A stretch of 63,624 nt of DNA, the filler included, from Basidiobolus meristosporus CBS 931.73 (lineage: Eukaryota; Fungi; Basidiobolomycota), in NCBI GenBank assembly GCA_002104905.1. It is 4 parts of 4 records of this genome, joined end to end, with 100 filler letters (N's around TTAATTAATTAA, not from the genome) between each part and the next. Parts side by side here need not be neighbours in the genome. Positions count along the whole stretch, not along the records: positions 1 to 12,823 come from MCFE01001223.1; positions 12,924 to 41,362 come from MCFE01000882.1; 2 more parts are not named here. One strand, given 5' to 3'. Below are positions 10,701 to 24,600 of this stretch, in pieces. The translations under genes were made by a program, and so were the position numbers. The notes under the pieces were generated by a model. The model had not been told where the DNA came from, did not search any database, and worked only from the letters and a program-made list of their open reading frames with translations. How positions within the stretch are numbered: the stretch's first letter is position 1; every line of letters begins with the position of its first letter.

Positions 10701-12197
10701 TGGGTTGGTAATGCCAATTCTTGGGGCTGAGAGATCCTTAGCTGCAAGAATGATTTTTCCTGGTCGTTTTTCTATCTCCAAATTGAGTTCTCTGACTACA
10801 TTGGGTGATACAATAGAGTTGGATGATCCAGTATCCAGTAGTGCTACGTATGATTGGCCATTGAGGGTGAGTGGCACTTCTATGGCTTTGAGCTGTGTGA
10901 TTGGTTGCTTCTTTTCTTGGACAGTTGCAATTTTAGCCGGAAACTCAAAGAGGTTGTGATAATCTTGAACTGTAAGTTCTTCATATGCTTCTTCATACCC
11001 CATTGTATCATTGGCTGAATGATCATCAAGGATCTGGGTAATTTTGGCTGATGGTGTGGAGTTCTTCTCAGGACAGGCAGGTGATCTATGTCCCCTATTT
11101 CCACATTTAAAGCACTTGTCATCAGCATATGGATTATCAGTTTTGGTGTTTTGCTGCTTTTCTGCGGTGTTTCCTGACTTGTTTGACTGCTTGGTGATGC
11201 CTTTGCATTCACTGGTAGAATGATAGCATTTTCCATGAAGCTCACAGTGCTTAGTAGCGGTTGACTGCTTCTTGGTCACATGACTGGTCTCTTTTCCGGC
11301 TGTTGTGGGATATTGGGTTGAGCTGCCTGAAGTCTGGCTAACAGCTGCAGTCAAGGTGATTGCCAGTGTACATATCTCTGAGATCTGGTCATAGGTACGT
11401 GCAGGGTTGCATGCTTTGACAATAGCAATATTGCTCTGTAGCTGGTGTGAAAAGTTTGAAAGAAAATGAGCAGTAAGCGATGGATTATCATCACTAACTC
11501 CAGCTAATCTCATTTGTCTTTGGAATCTATCACAGAAGTGTTGCACAGATTCACCTTTTTGCATTTTAGTTTTCCATAAGTCGCAGTTCAGATGTGCTTT
11601 CTTGAGAGGATCTTCAAAATGGCTGCAAAAGAGGTTTTGGGCAATTTTCCACGTACTATTGGAAGGAATGTTCACTTCAACCCAGTCAGCATCTTGCATT
11701 GTGAGACAGAGAGGCAGAAGTCTAGCCCAGTTGGTGTCAGGGTCTAGCTGGTGTGCAGCTAAGACGTGACTAAACTTGTAAAGAAACTCAGTTGGATTCT
11801 TGATGGCATTGGTGCCTTCAGCATAAACAGGCAAGGATCTTGGGACAACCACCGGGGCAGGTCTAGAAGGAGATGTAGATCTGGAGGATTCAAAGGCATG
11901 ACTTCTTGGTGGCTGATGCAGAGCAAGGCTTGGTGGATTTTCAATGCTGTCAATTACTATGGCAATATTCTCCAGTGCTTCCTTAATTATTCCAATTTCA
12001 TCTTGGTAACCGGATATAACTTCAAGGAGTTCATCTCTACGGTGATTATCAGATCTTGTTTTGGCAAGCTTTGAGTGCTCAATCATCATGGTATTTCTTT
12101 CAAGCATGATGTTTTCAAGCTGTTCAGTAAGTTCTTCCTGATTTCTTCTGGCTTCTTCCAACATGGAAAGGTTTGGATTGCTTGCTGCTGAGGACAT
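7712..12197 (-). CDS. Gag-Pol polyprotein, single ORF interrupted by a 1-bp insertion near 9260
   Basis: CCHC knuckle CFKCGNRGHRSPAC, protease LLDTGS, RT LDLKDAY/FVDD, RNase H TDAS, integrase HHCC + DDE (IDLAG, SDNGTEF, LAER), GPF motif, chromodomain YEVEAIVDH..YLVKWKGY..NTWEP. Removing one base restores K-x-HQYLWGNPFTLYTDHRA. Confidence 0.92.
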
Positions 12198-12237
12198 CTT
12201 CTAATCGGCTGAATGTAATGGAATTCAACGAAAAAAA

Positions 12238-12823
12238 TGTTGTATCCAAGAGAAAGTGTAATAAAACTCTTGAATGGTTTAACTGAACCAAAGGGACAAT
12301 TAAGTGCAGAATCTTAGAATTGTCAGAGAGTGGCGGAAATATTAGCAGAAAGATTCTGATCTAATATTGGTCTTGGATATAGCTGGGTTGGCTATAAAGG
12401 CAATGATATTTGTTTGCTAGGCAGGCTAGGCTTGGTGTTCTTTGGAGTGCTAGATATACTAGGCTTGGATAGAAACTAGAACGGAATTGTTGGATTCTTA
12501 TTTTTGCTGAGACAGAATCTTAATTTTGTTGAGACACACACTAAACCAAAAGGTTCAGTAAACTTTATTTATACTTTTCTGATCAAGTTGAATTAGTCAG
12601 CGCCAAGGGACTGGATTGATTGAAATCAATTTGGGTGTTCATAGGTGCATAAGATAAATGAAAATTACATCATCAATCAACTGATGTCTTGGCAACTGCA
12701 CAGTGGTTGGATAGATCTCAGATGACTAATCACCTGGGAAGGCTTGGCAGATAGGTTGATAACGTAATGACCATTTGAAAATAGATCAGGTGTGATAGCT
12801 AAAAATAGATTCTGAGGTGGGAT
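12238..12823 (-). repeat. 5' LTR of the chromovirus (partial)
   Basis: Near-identical to 7012-7597 and ends at the gap. Confidence 0.9.
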
Positions 12824-12923
12824 NNNNNNNNNNNNNNNNNNNNNNNNNNNNNNNNNNNNNNNNNNNNTTAATTAATTAANNNNNNNNNNNNNNNNNNNNN
12901 NNNNNNNNNNNNNNNNNNNNNNN
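12824..12923. other. Artificial contig linker N44-TTAATTAATTAA-N44
   Basis: Exactly 100 bp with a six-frame-stop core, identical to the other two gaps. Confidence 0.97.
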
Positions 12924-13210
12924 TATTACCTTCAGTGGGCACACTGTTAACATGGCCTTTATTGAATGTAGCCCTGCTTGTTGCACAGAATGGCAAAGCA
13001 AGCTCTTGTCCAACCATTCTTCTGCTGCTGTCAGTGGTGAGGTTTGGTTGGGAACCAAACAACTTTGCTTTATTTTTTGGTGGCACATATATGGAAGTGA
13101 GTCAAACTAAAGGGGAAATAGTGTTACATATACATGTGTATGTGGCGCCACAACTTTATTTATAATGCTTACTATGGCAGGTCATCATTGAATCTTACAT
13201 TCATGTAGGT
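12924..13210 (-). repeat. Third copy of the MPPKN repeat, head-to-head with the CACTA-like transposase
   Basis: ORF 12868..13086 (MPPKNKAKLFGSQPNLTTDSSRR) matches 625..864. Confidence 0.75.
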
Positions 13211-13289
13211 GGGATGTCTCAAATACAAGACTGTCATAAATTCACATAAGTATTGACCAAAAAGTGATATAATGGTGTTACATTGTTGA

Positions 13290-15830
13290 AGGTCAAACTG
13301 TTTGCCCCATGTACAAGACTTCTTTGACTCAACACCATAAGAGAAGAGAAAAAAGACCATGTGGCTATTGTGGCAAGCCTCTCAGCCATGAAGCATGCAG
13401 ACAGCATAGGAAGTATTACAAGGATCACAGCAAGTGTTTTGCTACACAAGTCATATTTGACCATTCATTGATCACTACTGTGCCAACATTATCTTGCTAG
13501 CCAGTTGATACTTCTATATTGGCACCTGGCTATCTTTGTCACCTTACGCAAACTGAGTCAGGTGAGTTGGTGATGCCTTTAGGCTCACCTCAGCCTTCTG
13601 AATATGGCACACAGAGTGATAGCTCCAACAAAGAATGCTCACTGATGGATTTTGAGCCCATCACCCCTGACAACAGAACCATATATGAGCCTGGTCAAAC
13701 CCCTATATGTAATGAGACAACACCTGTTGAAAAGTATGCCAAGGATACTTTATGGAGCTAAGTGAGCCCAGTAATCCATCTACTGGTGATTGATATAATG
13801 TTGTGGCTAGAGAAGTGGTGCATTTACACTAATATCAGTAATGGGGGCTTTGAGGATTTATTACTACTTCTTGCCAAAATCATACCAGGATGCAACTTAC
13901 CATGTACATGGTACAAGTGGACAACCATCATGAGGCTGGCAACATTTGATCCAGAGACTGTCCTGATTTCAGCATTTGTTCACAGTTGCATGGCATTCAC
14001 ATCTGAAAATGCTGCCATTGCAACGTATCCAAGTTGTCAGGAATCCACCACCCTTGAGGGAAGCATTGTTCACACTCCAGATATATTCTGGTAATACCCT
14101 GTCTGAGGAAGCTGATGCAGTCCAACAAATGTTGCAAAGCTATACAGTGCTGCACTCAGTATCATTCAAGTGCAAGCATATCCAATGTATTTGATGGCAA
14201 ACATTACAAACCACATAGAAGCAAGGGCTACTTTGAAGGTATGTATGACCATGCCTTTGCCTTGGCACTTGATGGATTCTCATCAAACAAGTACTCCACC
14301 AGCAAATCCTGCTGGCCACTGATTCTCATCAATCTGAATCTGCTGCCCATCCTACAGTATCAGATCAATAATCTGATGGTAGTCTCACTGGTATCTGGGC
14401 CTAAATCACCATCCAACCTAGATAGCTACCTGTGTCCATTACTGGATGAATTTTGTATGCTTTTCAGCAGGATAACAGTTAATGGCCATCATGTAAAAGC
14501 GCATATTATTATCTGCATTGGAGATACCCCAGCCATCAGCAAGATAGCTGGCTTTTCTGTGTACAATGAGTGGTATTGCTGTTGAATGTATGAGATCTAG
14601 GGGATTTACTCCATTGCTTACACACATTATTACTATCCAAGCCCTAATACTAAAAGCATCATCTTGCCACAGAGAAAATGTACAGAAGTTAGCATGCAAT
14701 TGCAGCAAAGTTGGCAAGCAATAAGCCATTGGCTAGAATATGGAATCAATTGGAATCCGGAGATACTTAAGATAGAGGGTATCTGCTGGAGCAAAAGCTT
14801 TCCACTGGGAGCAATACATTTGCTTTTCAACTATATGCCTATACTGATAACCAAGTTGTACATGGGGCATTTCAAGCTAAATGAGCCCTTCAAGATACTG
14901 GAGAAATTTGAAAGAATTGGCACAATATTGCAGATCATCTGCTACCCTAAGTACTTCTCACAGGCTCCAATTAGTATTCATATGCATATGCAACAATACA
15001 AATGCAAAGACTGGATGAACTGGATATGTATTTATTTGAGTTGAGTTCTGAAGCCATTCTCACCAAGAATACATTGAAAGCATTGGGAGTCATATGTGGA
15101 TATTGTAGGAATATTTGTCCAGAAGCAGATCACCAATGGAAACTTGACACATCCACAACTGTGGTGCAGGGAGTTTATGACAGGATTTGAGCAGCTATAC
15201 TAGAAACATAAAGCTGAACATGTAGATATCTGCTGCCACTGTATCCATTATCTACTCCATCATGTATGGTGTAAGGAGAATATTGGGCCTTGCTTCACCT
15301 TTTGGGAGTTTCCTATGCAGCAGATGTGTGAGGAGATAGGAAGACAAGTCAAGTTGCAGGTACTACCATATCCCAATCTCATTAAGATTATTATCTTCAA
15401 GTCCATTATGGATGTAATGAGTTGGCACATGGAGGGCAGCCAGGAAGAGCTGGAAAATACTGAGGACAAATGTGCACATGGTGACACCTATGCCCATGGC
15501 ATTTAGAAGCTAAGCAGCCCCAATGAATGGGTAATCAGTTAAGTAATGCAAAGTTGGGTAGGGTGCAATAAGCAACTAATTTTATTAGGAAAACTCAACC
15601 AAGGTATGCTGGATTTCTCATGGTCACAAGCCAACTTCTGCACCATTCAATACAGAATTCACACAAACAAAAGCCTCAACCCACCTATAAAGGTGAATAG
15701 AATCCAGCAGGCAGAAGGAATATATTGGCTAAGAACTGAGAAGTGCTTTGCAGATATTTGGGAGGTATTCACGGCAGAAGTGGTAACAACCAAGCGTATG
15801 TTTGCACAATGTATATGTTACTGCCAGTAA
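13290..15830 (+). pseudogene. Degenerate CACTA/EnSpm-like (Transposase_21-type) transposase
   Basis: Motifs LALDGF, CWPLILINLNL, GPKSPSNLDSYLCPLLDE, IGDTPAISKIAGF; many stops and frameshifts. Confidence 0.8.
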
Positions 15831-16999
15831 AAGGTATATAGTATGGGTTATTACTGACTGTACTTGGTGAGTGGGAGAGTTTGTAGGTCAAGTCAGTACC
15901 ACTTGGCTCAGAATAGCTTCCAATAGAAGGTAGCAAGGTAGTAAAGACATATGTTAATTCCATCCAAGTCTTCCTGTGCCTTCACTTGGTTCAATTGGAT
16001 AGATATATATATATATCACTTGGAAGGGCTTAGATACTGGACAATGTGTTATAAAATAGGGGTGTGAACATCTTTCTGCTATGGTAAGTGTTCTAACTAG
16101 ATAAGGGCAGGGATAGGAGGGAGGACAGGTGGTGGAATCATAGGGAGGATACTGGGGACTTTGGGTAGGACTCTAGGGAGAACTTATGGGCAAAGAGTGG
16201 GTACTACACTCTGTACTCACATATAGCAACTTTGCAACTTTGCAACTTGCATACTAAAATTCCGTAAAGTTGAGGTGATAGAAGTATGTCAATTGCAGCA
16301 GGTGTGTGCATTTGTAGAGGTTAGTAAGCAGGAGGCCAGAGTTTTTTTTATTCAAACTATATGAGGAATACTCTAGGTAGTAGTGGGTAAGCAAATAAAG
16401 AGGGGTGATTCTACAGTGGAATATATGAGTTGCACAAGGGGAGGTAGAAAAAGGAAATACCATTTGGTAAATTGGAGGTTGACAAAGGAAACACTATTTG
16501 GGAAATTGGTACAATAGCATTCTACAGAACAAGCTGTAGGCTGTCACACTACCAATGTAATGCTATCAGAGTCTTACTGCAAGTCCATCAAAATACCATC
16601 AAGTTTCCTGCCATATAAGACAATTGAATGTCCTGGCTGCTTGGATCCACTTAAAATAGTTGTAGAGTGCTAAAAGACTGCAATAATACCATGCATTATT
16701 GTCACAGCACCAATAAAATCTCATCAAGTTTTATCCCTTTATTTGGTTATAAAATTAGCAAAACACCATTGTGATCCTGTCATAAGATTGTTAAGAGGGT
16801 CACTAATTCCAAGCTGCTGGTACTATGATGGTCTCTAAATGGGATTCTACAGCTGATCCAGATTGAATCTACCTGCAGGACCAAATTATTTCTCATAGGT
16901 TCAAGAGGCTATCAGAAGTCTAGCACACATCACTTAAGGCTGGCATACATGGGACCATCAAGAACTTGAGGCCAAGCAGAATGCAATAACTTGTTCCAT

Positions 17000-17700
17000 G
17001 AGCATTATCCTGGATTCAGATGGGTAAACAAATTTTGGGCCAGCATTGGTATGCTAAAAAGTATCTTAAGAATAGCAGTAACTATCAAAGGCAGAAGAAC
17101 AAGGGTGCCATGGCAAAAACAAGCGGCTCCCTCAAGAGCTCATTATTAGCAGGGCCAAATGCTCCAGACAAGTGTCAAAGAGATGTCAGGTAGCTGGAAG
17201 AGTGCCAATTGGGAACAGGCAGGCAGACATAGATACACCAGCACAACATTTATCAAGGAAAAAGCATGATACTACTCAAGAAGCACTCAGTCAAAGTAGC
17301 AGTGATGGACCTGGTAGTGATAAAAACCAGAGGCTTTTATAGGAGCCTGTCACAACTATGGTTGAGAGCTCAAAACAAGTGGAAAAGAAACATCAGGTTG
17401 CCAGAAGAGTGCCAGCAAGGGACAAGCAGGCCAAAACAGATGCATTCTGGTGATGTATAGGTCCCAGGGAGAGATACATCCAACACTTTGCAAGTGTTTT
17501 GTGTGTGGGGTGTTCACTGGGTGCAATGACCTCTGGCAAAAGCTTGCTAGGAATACTTGCACTCTGTCTCTGATTTAATGTGATGGGGAATAAAGCCACA
17601 AGCTTCTCAAGGGAAAACTATTGAGCTACAATCCCCAACTTAGTTGGCATCTTAACAAAAGTATGTGCTGGGTTCAGCATCCTTTGAGATGACAATGTAC
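17000..17700 (+). pseudogene. Possible highly decayed retrotransposon gag remnant
   Basis: KCFVCG knuckle-like motif near 17490; otherwise fragmentary. Confidence 0.3.
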
Positions 17701-18599
17701 TAAAGCTTCCAAAGTTAAAACAACTGTAAACTCCTCCAGCAGGGACTTGATAAGTAGGTAGCTGTGGTCAATAGTACAAAGACAGAAAAGTATCTTTGCC
17801 TGTACCAGAACAAACTTGGGAAAGAATCAAATATAATAAAAGATACCTACTCTGAGTATTCCTCACAAGTAGTGCCTCCAAGGTTAGTTGGCTGTCAGCA
17901 CAGTTTCCTGGGAGTGTCCTGTGGTCTGGGGTTGGAAGTTCAGGTAGCAGCAGGTAGCGGTGATCACACTAATCAACAAGTTGGTATATTGATAAAAGGG
18001 ATGATGATTTATTGTTGAGGGATAGCCTCCCTTATATACTTTTCTTACTGGCTACGTGATTACTAATCATGGTGTGCAAGAAGGTTCCAGATATCAATAG
18101 AAATCTTAATGACATCAGTAGGACCTATGAATGTTCTAAGTAGGTGCCAGAAGGTTCCAAGAGGCACAGCAAATCCAACCAATCAGGAATCAGTACTCCA
18201 AAACCTGTGTAGCATAGAGATACCATATATGCTATGGAAATGGTAGTGATGGTGACATGGGTTGATCATGTGTCTTTGGTACTGATGCGGGTACTTGCCT
18301 AATATAGAAGCACTTACTGCTAGTAATCTTACATAGAGTGGGGGATTACTTATGCAATAAGGAAAGCAGGTGTGATAGTCAACCAGCTTATGGGATAGTA
18401 CTGATCAGGTAAGACAAATGGGATAAAACTAAAATAAGTGTAGTAGAGATATAGGGAAGTAGAAGATATGGGAATGAGCACATCTGTCAGTGGGTGTCAC
18501 TATGACTTCACTACAGCATCAGAGCAGAAGTTAACAAGGAGAAAATGTAGTTCATTACAGGAAGCACTCAGACAAAGTAGCAATGAAAGACCTGGCAGT

Positions 18600-19150
18600 G
18601 ATAAAGAAAAAGGTAAAGGGAAAAATATCTACCCAAGCCTGAGACAGGGAGGTATGCAAAAAAACTGCAATTCTTGCCAATTAATGCTGCAAGCCTGGAA
18701 CAGACTAGATCCCATCATAGCCAAGAAGAACTACCAACAAGAAAACAGCTTTTTCACAAGAGTTGGAAGTTCAGCCAGTTGAGCTACACTCCAGCAAGGT
18801 GGATACTTTTGCTGAAGGAGGCAATATGTCTACCACAGCCTCCAAAGCCTCCATTGTTGACAGAGTGGAGATCCCATTTGTAGACAAGCCTACAATGTCA
18901 AGAACTCAAAAGACTATGATAATGCCTTCAGTGGAATTTGGAACATTAATAGGCACACCAAGAGGTTGCAGCACTTCTTCAAGAGCAGTGCTCAAGAAAA
19001 TGCAATTAAATACTGCAAGGATATATTGCAAAGACTGGCAGATGAGGTGCTGAAGCTTGAACTGCTGGCTGAAGACCAGGATACATGGGAACCAATGAAT
19101 GCACAGTGGCATAAAGGGAGTAAGTAGTGTGAAAAAGAGGCAATAGCCAA
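18600..19150. repeat. Unidentified decayed repeat; second copy at ~28600-29100
   Basis: Shared blocks such as gacagagtggagatcc, aatgtcaagaactcaaa, ggcacac.aagaggttgcagcac and tattgcaaagactg occur in both places. Confidence 0.6.
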
Positions 19151-19389
19151 TCAATGCACACAAATGTAGGAGGTGATAAACTGTCTGGGATCAGAAAGTG
19201 AGCTAATTGCCAGGGAACCAATCAAAAGCCACTTATATGTTATTTTGATGAAAAATTTTGACTAAGTTTTTTTCCAAAATCTGGGGTGCAATTATTTTTC
19301 CAACAGTCACTGGACAGTATCCTGACGGGGTCAGTACCTCTTAGTCTTGGGACTTTAACTTTGTGACAACCTTTTGACAGGATCATTAC

Positions 19390-21657
19390 AATAATTTTGC
19401 ACAGGGTCCATAGCATACCAGAACTCAGATCATTCCTTGGAATAGTTTCATATTATCTGCAATTTGTCAAGTCCTTTGCACATATTGCAGCCCCTTTAAC
19501 TGAAATCCTCAAGAAACACAACACCTACAAGTGGGATATTGCCTGTGAGACTGCCTTTCAGACACTAAAGAAAGAACTTGCCAAGCTGCCAAGCTGCCAA
19601 GCTTAAGAATACCTGACTTCAGAAAAGAGTTTACTCTGTGCACAGATGCCTCAGATTATGCAATTGGTGGAGTGCTGAGCCACAAACACCAGGGAAAGGA
19701 CTACCCTGTTACCTTTGAATCTAAGCAACTGAGCTCACAAGAACAAAACTATCCAGTGCATGAGAAGGAGATGCTTACTACAATACACTGTTTGAAGACA
19801 TGGAGATGCTATATTGAAGGAGTCAAATGCACTGTAAAGACTGATCACACCTCCCTCAAGTTTATATTTACTCAGCAGGTACTCTCCGGACAAATGACAA
19901 GATGGAGTGAATACATTCAGCAATTTGATTTGGAGATTGTCTACTACCCTGGGAAAAACAACACAGTTGCCGAAGCCTTATCAAAACTAGAACAAGTTGT
20001 GCAACTCAACTTGGTGCATGAATCAGATTGGCCTTGCTTAATACCAAAGTATTTGGAGGGCCAAGCCATTCCTGATGAGGCAGATGCAGAGATCAAGAAG
20101 ATAATCTGGGATGAAGCCAACAAATGTGTGATACAGGATGAATCACTCTACCAATTTGTTGATGGACACACTATTGCCTATTACCCTCATGTTTCTTGCC
20201 TGGATTTTAAACAAAAGCAACACAATGGATGTGTACATCTTGGAATTGAAGGAATCTATAGCCTTGTGAAAGTCAGGGAATGGTACCCCAGAACGAAACA
20301 AGATATTTAGAAGCTAGTGAAAGCATGCCCAAATCAGCTAAGGCCAACCACAGAGAATTGCTGAACTCTTTCCCCTGGAGCATGTGGACTTTTTGAGATG
20401 GGGAATTGACTTTATTGGAAGACTACCAATTACCTGGAAAAGCAACTGTTGGATCCTAGTAGCAATTGATCATGCCACTAAATGGCCAGTGGCTAAAGCT
20501 GTACATGTAGCCTGTGAACAAGTAGTTGTTAGCTACATCAACCATGAGATCCTTATGAAGTTTGGATGCCCTAAAGAGATTTTATCCAATAGAGGATCAA
20601 GCTATATGGCAAAGACATTGGAAGCTTTTGTAGAAATGCAGCAGATCAAACACTTGAGAACCTCAACATATCACCCAGAACTAATAGAGTCACTGAGTGG
20701 CTTAATGGATTGTTTGAAGAAATGCTGACCAAGTAGGAAAATGGAGCTGTCACTGGTTGGGATGAGTATATAGGCTAAGCTTTATTTGCCTGCAGAGTTA
20801 GAGTGCACAATACCACCCAACAATTGCCATTTTACTTAGTGTATGGATGTGAACCAAAGATTCCAGGAGATCTCACACAACCAAAGCTTACATATGCCTA
20901 GAAGATTAGCTCTGTCAGCCAAGTAAACACCAGCAGCTGGAATAAAGACATCAAGAGGCACAGGCCAAGATATCTCAAAGTGCAGAAGCAATGAAGCATA
21001 GACTTGATAAGACTATTACACTAGAAGCCTTGACAGTTCAGTGCTTTGTGCTACTGAGAGACAACACTTGGAAGAAGTTTGAGCTACAATGGACAGGACC
21101 ATTCAACATCATCACAGAGTGTCAATTTGCAACATATCAACTTGTGGATAAACATGGTAATATCTAGGAGGACTTGATTCATTGAGACAAACTCAAGCTT
21201 GCAAGACTTGCTGACAATACCCAACCATTAAATACATGTATCACAAGAAAAGAGATTCAGGAGTACCCTCACAACATTAGTAGGGAAGAATGTATGATCT
21301 ATTGCTTGAATGTTTAGGCTAGATCAGCTTTCAATCAACTCAATGAGTATTATATTTAGCCTATTGGTATATCAGTATTATCTATCAGATCAGTTGTATT
21401 AATGAGTAGATGAATCTGCAGATATTGATTATGCACGGATATATATATTAAGCACAATCTAATTGTGTAACAATGAGGCAATCAAATGAGTCATCAGCCA
21501 CAATCTACATTGGGAAATACATTTAGTCTACAATTGATCTAGCAAATGTATATGAGGAAATGCTGGAACCTCAATAAAGATCAGTTCAAGCTTTAGTGAA
21601 CACAATACTAGCTTAACTTCCTATTACTGTATAACTCTTATATCAAGTCTGGTAACA
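19390..21657 (+). mobile_element. Degenerate Gypsy family B copy 1 (RNase H-integrase + 3' LTR 21291-21657)
   Basis: TDASDYAIGGVL, ELRSFLG, RWGIDFIGRLP, GPF remnants; PPT agtagggaagaa precedes the LTR, which ends TAACA. Confidence 0.85.
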
Positions 21658-24600
21658 GGCCTACCACAAGTCAGAGGCATGGATAATGCCATTGACAAAG
21701 AAAAAGCCCTCTAGCAAGCAAGACACCTTGTAGGATCAGTCTATGAGAGTTAGAAGAGATGGAGTTACAAATTAATCAGTTATTGGAGCAGGAATATATT
21801 ATACACAGCAAGTAACATTGCAGATCACTAGTGCTTTTTGTGAAATAGAAGGATGGATCACCTACAGTGTGCACTGACTACAGAGCCTTTGAATTAATTA
21901 CTGCTAAAAATAAGTACCCCATACCGTTGATTGGTGAGTTTTTGGACTAACTCAATGGAGCTATTATAATCTGCACAATTGACATCATGTCATGATACAA
22001 CCAGAGTAGGGTGAAGCCAGAAGACATCCCTAAGACAACTTTCAGGACCAAATATGGACATTATAAGTACTTAGTCATGAATTTTGGTCTCACCAAAGCA
22101 CCTGCAACATTCATCATGTTGATGCAAACTATTGTCCAGGAGTACTTAGACAGGATTATGGTAATCAACCTAGATGACATATTGATATACAGCAACACAG
22201 AAGAATATCACTTGGTACACATTGAATAATACACCTAGATAGCATATTGATAATGAACAAGACAGAGGAGGACTATTTGCCGCACATTGAAAAGGTCTTG
22301 AAGAAGCTAAGAGAGAACAAGCTATATGGCAAGCTAGTAAATCATGAATTCTTCAAAGAACATGTTGAATATCTGGGACATATAGCAACTAGCACAGGGT
22401 AAATTTTGACCCCAAGAAGGCTGAATTCATCAAGAATATGAAGTAGCCACATAGCTTATAGAACTCAGATCATTCCTTGGAATGGTTTCTCATTATTGGA
22501 AATATGTCGAGTCAATAGCAAGTACTGCAGCCCCTTTGACTGATATCCACAAGAAATAAAACACCTACAAGTAGGACATAGCCCGCAATACTACCTTTCA
22601 GATGCTCAAGAATGAAATTGCTAAGCTGCCAAGCTTTAGAATCTCAGACTTCAGAATAGAGTTTACACTGTGCACAGATGGTTTTGATTATGCAATTAGT
22701 GGAGTATTGAGCCCAGAACATCAGGGAAAGGACTACCCAGTTGCTTTTGAGCCCAAGAAACTGAACTCAGTAAAACAAAACTATCCAGTGAATGAGAAGG
22801 AGATGCTGGCAATGATACACTGCTTGAAGACATAGTGATGCTGCATTGAAAGAGTCAAGTGCTCTGTGAGTACTGATCTCAGCTTGCTGAAGTATATATT
22901 TACTCAGAAGGTACTATCCAAAAGAGTGTCATGATAGAGTGAATACATTCAGCAAGTTGATTTGAGATTGTGCACTGCCCAGAGAAAAACAACATGGGTA
23001 CTGATGCCTTATCAAGACACAAACAAGTTGCACAACTTAGCTTGGTGCATGAATCAGATTGGCCTAGCTTATTACCAAAGTACTTAGGGGACCAAGCCAT
23101 TCCTAATGAGGTGAATGACTACAAAAAAAAGTTAGATGAGGATGAAGCCAGCAACTTTGCAGTGCAGGATGAAGCACTCTACAAAATTGTTGATGGAAGT
23201 TCTATTGTCTATTGCCCTTATGTCACATGCCTGTCTTTGATACTTACAATACACAATTCATAGGAACCTCCTGGAACTTAACAAACCTTTAGCCTTGCAA
23301 AAGTCAGGGCATGGTTGCCCAGAATGAAACAAAATATTGAAAAGCTGGTGAAAACATGCCCAAGTTACCAAATCAACTAAGGCCATTTACCAACAACTGC
23401 CAAACTCTTTCCATTGGAGCTGTTGAAATATTGGACTACTTGGTATTGTTCAGCTGCTAAAAATTACTTAAAAATTCTGGACTAGTCCTGGTCACTGAAA
23501 GACTAATTTACAGCCCTAACTTTGCCACTTTCTTAATGTCTATAATCCTATGGTTATTTCCCTATAGTCAAGATCATATCAGCACCTTTACCAAACATTT
23601 TGTACTAACCTTAAAGCTGTTACAGAATGCTCCTGAATGCTGAGAAACCCACCTTTCTTGATGTTAAAGCTGTACAACTTCTACAAGGGCATCAATACTG
23701 AGCTCTTTATAAATAAAGAAGAGTTCAACTATTATCACTATTTCCTGATTAGTACTGTTTATCCAAATCACTTCTTAAATTGCAACAGAAGCCTGTAGGA
23801 CTATCTGGGAGATGGTGAACTGACTTTGTTACAAGGCTGCCAACTACCAGGAAATGCAACCATAGGATGCTAGTAGCAATTGACCTTATTACTAAATGAT
23901 CAGTTGCAAAAGCTAGTGAGCAAGAAGTTTTAAGTTTTACCTACCATATGATCCTGATGATGTTTGGATGCTCTGTAGAAATATTATCTGATAGAAGAGT
24001 AAGCTTTGTGGCAAAGATACTGAAAGCTTACCTGGAAATGCAGCAGATCAAAAACTTAAAAACCTTGACATTTCACCCTGGAACTGATTGAGTCACTCAG
24101 CAGTGTAATGGATTACTGGGAAAATGCCAACTAAGTATGCAAAAGGAGCTGCCAGCAGATGGGATTATGATATGGATCAAGCACTATTAGCCTGCAGAGT
24201 TAGAGTGCATAACACCACAAAAAAATTGCCTTTTCTTGGTGTATGAATATCAACCAAGAATTCCAGGAGTTCTTGCACAGCCAAAGCTTGCAGATGCCTT
24301 AGGAAATGAACTTAGCCAGCCATGTAGACACCAGTAACTGGAACAAAGATGTCAAGAGGTACAGGCTAAGGTATCTCAAAGTCCAGAAAAGTTGAAGTCA
24401 AGATTTGATAAAACTACTTCACCAGAGGCATTGACAGCTGCAAATTTTGTATTGCTGAGACACAACATTTAAAAGAAGTATGTGCCACAATGGTCAGGAC
24501 TGCTCAAGATCATCAGAAAATGTGCATTTGCAACTTACCAGGTAGTGGACTAGCAAGGGAACTTCCATGAAGCTCTAGTTCAAAGGGAGAGACTTAAGTT

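Larger units (their letters stand above)
7012..12823 (-). mobile_element. Near-intact Ty3/Gypsy chromovirus; 5' LTR truncated by assembly gap
   Basis: Two LTRs and the order gag-PR-RT-RH-IN-chromodomain. Confidence 0.95.
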
